DNA of 64,000 nt, from NCBI GenBank assembly GCA_030390025.1, contig CM059432.1, forward strand, positions 1,364,001 to 1,428,000. The letters are read 5' to 3'. Shown in pieces: positions 25,221-35,664 of the stretch. Origin of the DNA: Squalus acanthias (Eukaryota). Under the pieces are notes generated by a model. The model was not told the DNA's origin. It saw nothing but the letters and a program-made list of their open reading frames with translations, and searched no databases. Each line of letters opens with the position of its first letter. Position 1 is the stretch's first letter. Both the position numbers and the translations under genes were made by a program.

Positions 25221-26253
25221 TAGCGAGTTCACATTCTAACCACTCGGAGTAAATAAGTTTCACCTGAATTCCTTATTGGATTTATTCGTGACTGTCTTAT
25301 ATTTATGGCCCCTAGTTTTGGACCCCCCCCCAAATCAGGTCACCCCTCAGCCTTCTGTTTTCTAGAGAAAAGAACCCCAGCCTGTTCAGTCTTTCCTGAT
25401 GGTTATAACCTCAAAACAGCCCAAATTATCCAATTAATTAACAGAAGCAGTTGATGCCTGCTTACTGCCAGTTACTTGCGTCTTGTCCATCACATCGAAT
25501 TAATGGTCATATTTAGCAAGTCACATATGGTACTAATTTTAATATGCAAGTTAGTGAATGAATATCAATACACAGTGCCAACTTTTCTTCTTAAAAAAAG
25601 TTGCAAAAATCAACAAAGGTGCTAATCTTGCTTTATGCCTAGAAAGAGGACAGATTATTCTAACTTGTAATCAGTAAACCCCTTGTGCAAGTGGAACATT
25701 GGTCCACTTGGATACTTCATTGCCTGGGATCCCCAAGGGGGCGACCTTATAGTGTTGCAGCATGCCCATGAAATTTGAATGTGCAAGATGAAATTATAAA
25801 CTGAGAACTTTACAAAAAATGTAACAATTTTAAAAAGGAGTCTACCTTTCTAAAAAAAAAAAAGTGAATTCTGAAATACTGTTTAATTTTGCATAGCAGA
25901 GCATCGGTACATGACATCTTTTTTGCTTTACAACTTTTAAATTTAAATCTACTTCAGGGCTGTGTCTGCTAAGGGGAACCTAAATTTAAAAAACTGACCT
26001 ACAATTTGGTTTATTATTCAATATGAACACTAATCTAAACGGACAAACAGCATTTGAATTCAAACATATGAAGGAGTGACTCTCCGAATTTGAAGTTGTC
26101 AGTTTAATCTTATTAAATTGTCCTGCTATTCACATGAGCTTTAGATTATTTTATGCGAGGGAGGGGAAAGACGGAGAGAATACCTTAACATGACTCCCTT
26201 AAAACATCAAGTGCACGTCACTAAATCATAGACTGAGAAAATTCGATACTAAC

Positions 26254-26344
26254 TTGTTTTTCCAGTCATTGTCAGTCTTGGCTCGTTGCTTGCGAGCAGC
26301 TCTCTGCTTCTCCTCCAACCTCTTCTTTTCTTCGCTGGCTAGAT
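26254..26344 (-). CDS. OSBPL1A: OSBPL1A coding exon: LASEEKKRLEEKQRAARKQRAKTDNDWKN(K)
   Basis: EEKKRLEEKQR motif; ttgtag| and |gttagt; 91 nt. Confidence 0.95.
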
Positions 26345-26707
26345 CTACAAAAGGTTCAAACAGGTACGTTCACCTGTACTTTCACAGTAACTAAACCGAA
26401 AACTGCAAATAGATTTTCATACCAGGTAAAGGCAATAACTTGCGTTCAGATTTGGTGCTCAACCTTTCAACAGATTTATTTGGCATGAGCATGCCACACA
26501 AATAGGAAAATCGGAACAGCAATTTCCTTCTTTAAAGTTCCTGCATGGCTTAATTTGGCATTGAAGACAGAACACATTTTTATTTCATGCAAGTGATTAA
26601 TACTCTTGCTTCGTCAAAATTAGCATCACTTTGCACGTGGATGAGCCAAGCAGACGCTTGCCGTGGAATCACACCTGTGGCGTGATGCTTCCCCCCCCCC
26701 CGACACA

Positions 26708-27410
26708 CAGAATCGTAGAATGGTTACAGCACAGAAGGAGGCTATTCATCCCGTCGAGCCCATGCTGGCTCTCTGCAAGAGCACTTCAGCTAGTCCCACT
26801 CCCCCCGCCCTTTCCCCGTAGCATTGCAATTTTTTTCCCTTCAGGTATTTATCCAACTCCCTTTTGAAAGCCACGATTGAGTCTACCTCCATCGCCCTTT
26901 CAGGCAGTGCATTCCAGATCCTAACCACTCGCTGCGTAAAAAAGGTTTTCCTCATGGCATCTCTGGTTCTTCTTTCAATCACCTTAAATCTGTGTCCTCT
27001 GGTTCTCGACCCTTCTGCCAATGGGAACAGTTTCTCTCTATCTACGCTGTCCAGACCCCACATGATTTTGAAAACCTCCATCAAATCTTCTCTCAATCTT
27101 CACTGCTCTAAGGAGAACAACCCCAGCTTCTCCAGTCTATCCACGTAACTGAAGTCCCTCATTCCTGGAATCATTCTGGTAAATCTCCTCTGCACCCTCT
27201 CTAAGGCCTTCACATCCTTCCTAAAGTGCGGTGCCCAGAATTGGACACAATATTCCAGTTGAGGCCGAACCAGTGTTTTATAAAGGCTCATCATAACTTC
27301 CTTGCTTTTGTACTCTATGCCTCTATTTATAAAGCCCAGGATTCCATATGCTTTTTTAACCACTTTCTCAACCTGTCCTGCCACCTTCAACGATTTGTGC
27401 ACATATACCC
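26708..27410 (-). mobile_element. CR1 3' fragment
   Basis: ORFs 27100-27402 and 26746-27096 carry CR1 C-terminal motifs. Confidence 0.88.
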
Positions 27411-27450
27411 CTGTTTAGAATTGTACACAAGACATTACAACATTATTTTT

Positions 27451-27900
27451 GTCAGCCATGGCTCAGTGGGTAGCACTCTCGCCTCTGAGTCAGAAGGTTG
27501 TGGGTTCAAGTCCCACTCCAGAGACTTGAGCACAAAAATCTAGGCTGACACTCCAGTGCAGTGCTGAGGGAGTGCTGCACTGTCGGAGGTGCCGTCTTTC
27601 GGATGAGATGTTAAAACGAGGCTCCATCTGCCTCTCAGGTGGACGTAAAAGATCCCAAGACACTATTTCGAAGAGGAGCAGGGGAGTTATCCCGTGTCCT
27701 GGCCAATATTTATCCCTCAGTCAACATAACAAAAACAGATGATCCTGGTCATTATCACATTGCTATTTGTGGGAGCTTGCTATGCGCAAATTGACTGCTG
27801 CATTTCAACAGTGACTACACTTCAAAAGTACTTCAATGGCTATAAAGCGCTTTGGGACGTCCTGAGGTCGTGAAAGGTGCTGTAGAAATGCAAGTCTTTC
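27451..27900 (+). mobile_element. Full-length DeuSINE (SacSINE1-like)
   Basis: tRNA-like head (A box TGGCTCAGTGG, B box GTTCAAGTCC), Deu core GGTGCCGTCTTTCGGATGAG...GATCCC...GTCCTGGCCAA, and an L2-type tail. Confidence 0.85.
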
Positions 27901-28169
27901 TGTTCTAATCTTGCACTTCACCTGACCCAAAGGCAACCAGCCAGCATTAGGGGATGAATTCCATTAATCTTCGTGTTCTCCAATTTCTCTACGCTATTAT
28001 TTTCCTTATACATCACATAATTCAATGAACCACTCAGCCCTGGATTTTGTGTTGACCAAGCTCTGACTCTGTATGAGAAACATCTTTAGTCCAGACAATA
28101 CTGCAGGGTGCCATCTGGCAGCGATGTAGTAGTACTGAATCCGAGAAGGATTTAAGGAGCACAAATACT

Positions 28170-28722
28170 GGAAGTACAGTTATGGTCTCCTTACCTAAGG
28201 AAGGATATACTTGTCTTAGAGGGAGTGCAACGAAGCTTCACCAGACTGATTCCTGGGATTGTGGGCGCGGGGGGTGGAATTGTCCTATGAGGAGACTAGG
28301 CCTATAGTTCCTAGAGTTTAGAAGAATGAGAGGTGATCTCATTGAAAGAAAAGATTCTTACAGGGCTTGACAGGGTAGATGCAGGGAAGGTGTTTCCCCT
28401 GGCTGGGGAGTCCAGAACCAGGGGTCACAGTCTCAGAATAAGGGGTCGGCCATTTAGGACTGAGATGAGGAGAAATTTCTTCACTCAGAGGGTGGTGAAT
28501 CTTTGGAATTCTCTACCCCAGAGAGCTGTGGATGCTCAGTCGTTGAGTATATTCAACACAGAGATCGATAGATTTTCGGATATTAAGGGAATCAAGGAAT
28601 TTGGGGATAGTGTGGGATGGTGGAATTGAGGTAGATGATCAGCCCTGATCTTACTGAATGGCAGAGCAGGCTCGAGGGGCCGTATGGCCTACTCCTGCTC
28701 CTATTTCTTATGTTCTTATGAA
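28170..28722 (+). mobile_element. CR1 3' fragment
   Basis: RTEMRRNFFTQRVVNLWNSLP motif plus 3' UTR. Confidence 0.85.
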
Positions 28723-29684
28723 TTGCCTCAATTTATTCAACATCTGATGCAGAAACAGGGCCCATACTCACAAGCTGGTTTACCAGTAGGGACACTAGTG
28801 ATCAGAGAATCCTGCATCTAGGACGATAGAGTTGACAATCGGTATCAGCCCCAACACCCACAGGTAAAAGTTCTGCCGAAACCTCATCAAGAAAGAAGAC
28901 TTGTATTTATATCACGTCTTTCACGGCCTCAGGACGTCCCAAAGTGCATTACAACCAATGAAGTACCTTTGAAGTGAGGTCACTGTTGTAATGGAGAACA
29001 TCAGCTTCTACAACATCTGGTGGTATGGAACGTCAACAAATCTGTTCACTGCCTGAACGGTGCAAAAAGTGATCCTCAAACAGGATGTTGGGACAGGGCT
29101 GCAGTTGACTGAGGTTCACCATGAGGCGCAGTTGATTCAATATTTGCACTAGAGATTTTTTTAATTTTTTTTACTGTGCATGTGCTAAGAGAAGCCAGTC
29201 TTTTGATTAGTTATATGTAACTGATGCGCAGGTGAGTGACTGGCACCAAGACCTATTTTGTGAAGAGTTGGCGCTGCTTTTCACTAATGCACGCTTTATT
29301 TATATTGCTGTGCTGTCTCCACGTGATTTAATTCCCTACTTCAAGAAGCAACGTATACTAGTGGTGCCAAAAGTCACTAATTACTGTTTGTGGTCAGGCG
29401 AGTTGAGCAGGACAGACTATCGACGCAATCTTTAAATTGCTGGACCCTGTTAATTTTACCCTGGAAATCAGCGTCGCTGTAGAACCTAAACCCAACAGCA
29501 AGACATTGAGAAGGTCAATAGTGGCGATGAGTCACGATGGATGCAGGGCCAGAGAAGGGAGAGAGTTGCGAGTTTGGGTTGGGTAGCAGAGTTTTGTTTC
29601 CTGTGGGTATGTGAATGGGAGACCAGGGAAGGCAGCAGACACAGCTGTGCAAATTAATCTCAATCTTAACAGATGAAGCAATCC

Positions 29685-30104
29685 ATAGAAACTAGGAGCA
29701 GGAGTAGGCCATTCGGCCCGTCAAGCCTGCTCCACCATTCAATACGATCATGGCTGATCATCCAAATCCAGTACCCTGTCCCTGCTTTAATCCCCACAGT
29801 ACACATATCCCACCCTACCCCCGTAACCCCACGTATTTATTCCCCCTAACATATCCCATCCTATCCCCATAACCCCACATATTTAATCCCCCCCTAACAC
29901 TAAGGGTCAATTTATCATAGCCAAATCAACCTAACCCGCACATTTTTGGACTGTGGGAGGAAACCGGAGCACCCGGAGGAAACCCACGCAGACACGGGGA
30001 GAATGTGCAAACTCCACACAGACAGTCACCCTAGGTCAGATTCGAACCCAGGTCCCTGGCGCTGTGAGGTACCAGTGCTAACCACTATGCCACCGTGTTG
30101 CCCT
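29685..30104 (-). mobile_element. Full-length HE1/V-SINE with a CR1-derived tail
   Basis: Head GGGCAACACGGTGGCATAGTGGTTAGCAC, V-domain TCTGCGTGGGTTTCCTCCGGGTGCTCCGGTTTCCTCCCACAGTCCAAA, and a CR1 3' UTR tail. Confidence 0.88.
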
Positions 30105-30239
30105 TCCATGTGCTCTTTCCACTTGCTGTTGGAAATGTGGGTGAAAAAGGCCGGGGAGAAGTGTGGAGGGAAAAGAGGCTTAAGGAGGGAGTTAACATGG
30201 ACAAAAGGATCTGCGGCATCTCCTTGCACTCCAGGATAA

Positions 30240-31055
30240 TCAGAGAATGATACAGCACAGAAGGAGGCCATTTGGCCCATCGTGCCTGTGCCGGCTCTTT
30301 CGTAGAGCTATCCAATGAATCCCACTCCCCCCTGCAGCCCGGCAAACCTTTTCCCTGCCAAGTATTTATCCAATTCCCTTTTCAAAGTTACTATTGAATC
30401 TGCTTCCACCGCCCTTTCAGGCAGCGCATTCCAGATCACAACAACTCGCTGTGGGCTAAAAAATGTTTCCTCATGTCTCCACTGGCTCTTTTGCCAATCA
30501 CCTTAAATCTGTGTCCTCTGGTTACCGACCCTCCTGCCACTGGAAACAGTTTCTCCTTATTTACTCTTTTCAAAACCATTCACGATCTTGACCACCACAA
30601 TCAAATCTTCTCTTAACCTTCTCTGCTCTAAAAGGAGAAAACCCCAGCTTCTCCAGTCTCTCAACATAACTGAAGTCCCTCATCCCTGGAACCATTCTAG
30701 TGAATCTCTTCTGCACCCTCTCTAAGGCCTTGACATCCTTCCTAAAGTGCAGTGCCCAGGATTGAACACAATACTCCAGCTGAGGCCAACAGGAAGATTT
30801 AACTGAGGAGAGGGAGGTACACAAGAAGAATTAGGAGCAGGAGTCGGCCATACGGCCCCTTGAGCCTGCTCCGCCATTCAATAAGATCATGGCTGATCTT
30901 TGACCTCAACTCCACTTTCCCGCCCGATTCCCATATCCCTTAGTGTTCAAAAGTCTATCGATCTCAGTCTTGAATATACTCCATCGACTGAGCATCCACG
31001 GCCCTCTGGGGTAGAAACTTCCAAAGATTCACAACCCTCTGAGTAAAGAAATGTC
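30240..31055 (-). mobile_element. Two adjacent CR1 3' fragments
   Basis: CR1 motifs and two 3' UTRs (near 30240 and 30825). Confidence 0.8.
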
Positions 31056-31736
31056 TTCTACAGTGGGTAGGTACAGTGGGTCTCGATATGGTGAAGCAAG
31101 ATCTGGCAATTAATGACTCGGCCAGTTGAGCTGGAGGTTGCAGCTCTCTGAAGGGTGGAAAGATGGGAAGAGTACCAGGTGAGGGCAGGGCTGGGAAACG
31201 ACAAGTCATTTGGTGGAAATAGTCATGGGAACAACTGAGAAGGTCAATAGTGGCGAGGTGGTCATGATGGATTCTGGGGCCAGGGAAGAGAGAGTTGTGA
31301 ATTTGAGAGAATTTGGGTTGGGGTATGTGGTGAGCGGCAGAGAAGTTCAAGGAGGGTTTGGGGAAATGGGTGGCAACGGAGATAGCCTTGCCAGTGATCT
31401 CAAGACTTCAGATGTGGCGAGGCCTCATGAGACCTTGAATCACCTTCCCCAATTCTCCTACCTCCTATTCTGTGTCCGTTCACCCACCGCTCACCATCTT
31501 CCCCCGTTGAATACCTTTGGACGTTTTGAAACAGTAAATGTGCTATACAAGCGTAATTTGTTTTCAAATGCATTGTACAGTTTATCAGCTTTACTGTAGA
31601 CACTCAAATTTCACCGACAGAAATGCTGCCACTTCGACTCACGGTGTGCAGAAGACAATGAAGACTCCAAATGAAAAAAATTGCTCCGTTTTTCCCTGTC
31701 TACGTATTATATAACTTTATTAATATTTGATCATAC

Positions 31737-31860
31737 CTATATCTCCATTTTCCATTGCCTTAATGTCAGGTCGCAATCGACAGTCAGTGGGTGCAATAAC
31801 GCTCTCCATTTCTTTATCTAGTTCATTCAGTGACATGGCGAAGTTGGTGAAACTGTACAT
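31737..31860 (-). CDS. OSBPL1A: OSBPL1A coding exon: MYSFTNFAMSLNELDKEMESVIAPTDCRLRPDIKAMENGDI(D)
   Basis: TDCRLRPDI ORD motif; ttccag| and |gtatga; 124 nt. Confidence 0.96.
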
Positions 31861-32249
31861 CTGGAAAATATTCCAAAAACATTCTACAAAAATAATTAGG
31901 TCCAGGAGTTTATCGTTATAGAAATAAATTTAACACATGGGCCCTGCAGGGTTGAAGCTATGTGGAAGTAAGACCCCTCAGTCCTCAGCAAGAAGAGAGG
32001 GATTTTAGTTGAAAATGAGGAACTAAACAGTTGCTAGCATCTAATTTGTCTTTAGTATTACAAAGACAGCAATCACATTCATTGACAAATAATTCCACTT
32101 GGAGAAATAAATAGTACTCCTAATCTATGTTTGCTCTCATTTTTTCTGTGCGCGCGGCCCCTTTAACGAGCTGCGCGGCCCATTCAAATTCCTGCGCGCG
32201 CGCGATTTTTCCTATTGTAAAGCCAGCACGCGGCCTGTGCGGGAGCACC

Positions 32250-33862
32250 AGACATAGGAACAGGAGGAGGCCATTCAACCCCTCGAGCCTGTTCCGCCAC
32301 TCAATGAGATCGTGGCTGATCTGCGACCTAACTCCTTTGCCATACCCGCCTTTGCCCCCATATCCCTTCATACCTTTGGTTAACAAACATCTATCAATCT
32401 CAGATTTTATAATTAACAATTGATCTAGCATCAACTGCCGTTTGCGGAAGAGAGTTCCAAACTTCTACCACCCTTTGTGTGTAAAAGTGTTTCCTAATTT
32501 CACTCCTGAAAGGTCTGGCTCTAATTTGTAGGCTATGCCCCCTAGTCCTAGACTCCCCAACCAGCGGAAATAGTTTCTCTCCATTTACCCTATCTGTTCC
32601 ACTTAATTTCTTGAAAACTTCGATCAGATCACCCCTTAACCTTCTAAATTCCAGGGAATACAACCCTAGTTTGTGTAATCTCTCCTCATAACTTAACCCT
32701 TGAAGTCCGGGTATCATTCTGGTAAACCTGCGCTGCACTCCCTCCAAGGCCAATATATCCTTCCTAAGGTGTGGTGCCCAGAACTGCTCACAGTACTCCA
32801 GGTGTGGTCTAACCAGGGCTTTGTACAGCTGCAGCATAACTTCTACCCCCTTGTATTCTAGTCCTCTAGATATAAAGGCCAGCATTCCATTGGCCTTTTG
32901 ATTATTTTCTGTACCTGTTCCTGATATTTTAATGATCGATGTACCTGGACCCCCCCCCCGCCGCACCCCACCCAACCCAAGTCTTTTTGGACATCCACAT
33001 AAGAACATAAGACAATAGGAGCAGGAGTAGGTCATTCGGCCCCTCGAGCCTGCTCCACCATTCAATAAGATCATGGCTGATCTGATCTTGGCCTCAACTC
33101 CACTTTCCTGCCCGCTCCCCATAACCCTCGACTCCCTTATCGTTCAAAAATCTGTCTATCTCCACCTTAAATATATTCAATGACCCAGCCTCCACAGCTC
33201 TCTGGGGAAGAGAATTCCAAAGATTCACGACCCTCAGAGAGAAGAAACTCCTCCTCATTTCCGATTTAAAAGTATTTCCCCTTATTCTGAAATTATGCTC
33301 CCTAGTTCTAGATTCCCCCACGAGGGGAAACATCCTCTCTGCATCTACCCTGTCAAGCCCCTTCAGAATCTTATATGTTTCAATAAGATCCCCTCTCACT
33401 CTTCTAAACTCCAATGAGTATCGGCCCAACCTGCTCAACCTTTCATAATACAACCCCTTCATCTCCGGAATCAACCTCGTGAACCTTCTCTGAACAGCCT
33501 CCAATGCAAGTATAACCTTCCTTAAATAAGGAGACCAAAACTGTACGCAGTACTCCAGGTGTGGTCTCACCAACACCCTGTACTGTTGTAACAGGACTTC
33601 CCTGCTTTTATACTCCATTCCCATTGCAATAAAGGCCAACATTCCATTTGCCTTCCTAATTAGTTGCTGTACCTGCATGCTAACTTTTTGTGATTCATGT
33701 ACAAGGACCCCCAGATCCCTCTGTACCTCAGCATTTTGTAATGTCTCCCCATTTAAATTATAATTTGTTTTTTTATTTTTCCTCTGTTTTTATCTTTTTA
33801 TCATTTAGAAAGTACCTTGTTCTAATCCGTTTGAGGTCCAAAGTGGATAACCTCACAGTTGC
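32250..33862 (-). mobile_element. Two tandem CR1 3' fragments of different subfamilies
   Basis: ORFs 32400-33122 and 33094-33678; 3' UTRs near 32250 and 33000. Confidence 0.88.
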
Positions 33863-33917
33863 ACGGCTTTAAGTGAACATTGATCCTAATCATATCCAAG
33901 GAACTTAAGAGACTAAC

Positions 33918-34043
33918 CTGTTCAGAGTTGGGTGGTCTGGGTGCGATTTTCCACAGCAGCCGACTTCCTGGTATAACCTGCACACTTTCGGAGGTATCTG
34001 GGAGTGGCATATCATCCGGTTCCGATTTCTCTGAAGCTACTGA
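33918..34043 (-). CDS. OSBPL1A: OSBPL1A coding exon: SVASEKSEPDDMPLPDTSESVQVIPGSRLLWKIAPRPPNSEQ
   Basis: IPGSxLLWxIAPRPPNS motif; tcctag| and |gttagt; 126 nt, in frame with its neighbours. Confidence 0.92.
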
Positions 34044-34244
34044 CTAGGATAGTCACGCCATAAAAAGATGCATGTTATTATCCACTGATTGAAACCAGGA
34101 AAGCTTCAACAATAAATGTAGCACAGAAAAGTCTTCTTTTAAACGTACCATTTCCGATCAACAGTTACACATCACGTACCATGGGTAAAGGGAAGATAAT
34201 GAGACTGGGAAGAGGAGATGGATGCCTGTCCCTTTAAAGATTCG

Positions 34245-34695
34245 AGAGGGCTGTGCTATGAGGAGAGATTGAGCCGATACTCTCTGGAGTTTAGAAGAAT
34301 GAGAGGTGATCTCATTGAAACATACAAGATTCTGAGGGGGATTGACAGGGTAGATGCTGAGAGGCTGTTTTCCCCCTGGCTGGAGAGTCTAGAACTAGGG
34401 GGCAGAGTCTCAGGATAAGGGATCGGCCATTTAAGACTGAGATGAGGAGGAATTTCTTCACTCGGAGGGTTGTGAATCTTTGGAATTCTCTGCCCCAAAG
34501 GGCTGTGGATACTCAGTCGTTGAGTATATTTAAGGCTGAGACAGATAGATTTTTGGACTCTAGGGGAATCAAGGGATATGGGGAGCGGGCGGGAAAGTGG
34601 AGTTAAGGTCGAAGATCAGCCATGATCTTATTGAATGGTGGAGCAGGCTCGAGGGGCCGTGTGGCCGACTCCTGCTCCTAATTCTTATATTTCTG
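34245..34695 (+). mobile_element. CR1 3' fragment
   Basis: YSLEFRRMRGDLIETYKIL motif plus 3' UTR. Confidence 0.85.
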
Positions 34696-35329
34696 AGAAA
34701 ACCTACAGTTTCCCCTCACTGCATTTTCAGACTCGCCCCTAACCTCAATGTGACGACCGCAGGAGAGCAGAAATCTCAACACTGAAGTTTAGTTAAATGT
34801 CTCTCGGTGCATCACAGGAAACACATGGCTGCCACGGCAAAGGAGGAAGGATTAGGACGGCTGATGAAGCGTTTGGTCAGAGACGGGTTTTAAGGAGGGT
34901 CTTAAAAGGAGGAGAAGCAGATGGAGAGGAGGAGGGGGTTAGGGAGGGAATTCTGCAGGAGGCTGAAGGCACGGACCCTAATGGTGGGGCGAAGGGAGTG
35001 GGAGGTGAGATGCACAAGAGGCAAGGAGACTTTGGGCGGGGAGAGGTTTGTAGAGCTGGAGGAGGTTAGAGATAGTGAGGAACGAGGCCATAGAGGGATA
35101 TACACCTAAGGATTAGAATTTTAACTTCAGTCGCTTGGGGGGCCGGTACACGTCAGCGAGGATGGGTTGCTGGGCAATCAAGTAAGAACCCCAATTGATC
35201 CAGTTACAGCACAAATCTCCACTACAGCGACAGGTGTTTAAGAGACTGGCAAAAGAGTAACATTATCCAATCAGCCAAACATTTGTAACGGTTCATTTTA
35301 ACATCGATTTAAAATAATTCTGTGTGTAC

Positions 35330-35456
35330 CGATTTGCTCAGCTTCTTCTCTTCTGTATTTTTCTTGTCGTTCTTTTTGTAGGCGTCAAATGTATTGGGAT
35401 CGATCGCCCACAGACACTCTGTCCACTTTCCGTAGACTGCACAGAGCTTCTTCTTA
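35330..35456 (-). CDS. OSBPL1A: OSBPL1A coding exon: KKKLCAVYGKWTECLWAIDPNTFDAYKKNDKKNTEEKKLSKS
   Basis: FDAYKKNDKKNTEEKK is diagnostic of ORP1 rather than ORP2; tgacag| and |gtacac; 127 nt. Confidence 0.95.
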
Positions 35457-35664
35457 CTGTCACAAACCACAGGAAAGTTTGTGTAAATCATTAGCAGCAG
35501 GTTATTAATTCATCACTTCCGTATATTATCGTTAACTTATCTCAGCAAAGGGTGTAGCTCACTCAGGACACGAATAGAAACACACAATAGAGGAAAAGAC
35601 CAGCTGGCCCGTCAATCCTGTCCCACCCAGACAAGTTGCAACGTTCACACAGCATTAAAGCCGT

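Noticed and set aside
27451..27525. tRNA genes at SINE heads (also 1526, 30030-30104 and 48696)
   Set aside because: The A and B boxes run straight into SINE bodies; they are tRNA-derived heads, not tRNA genes.
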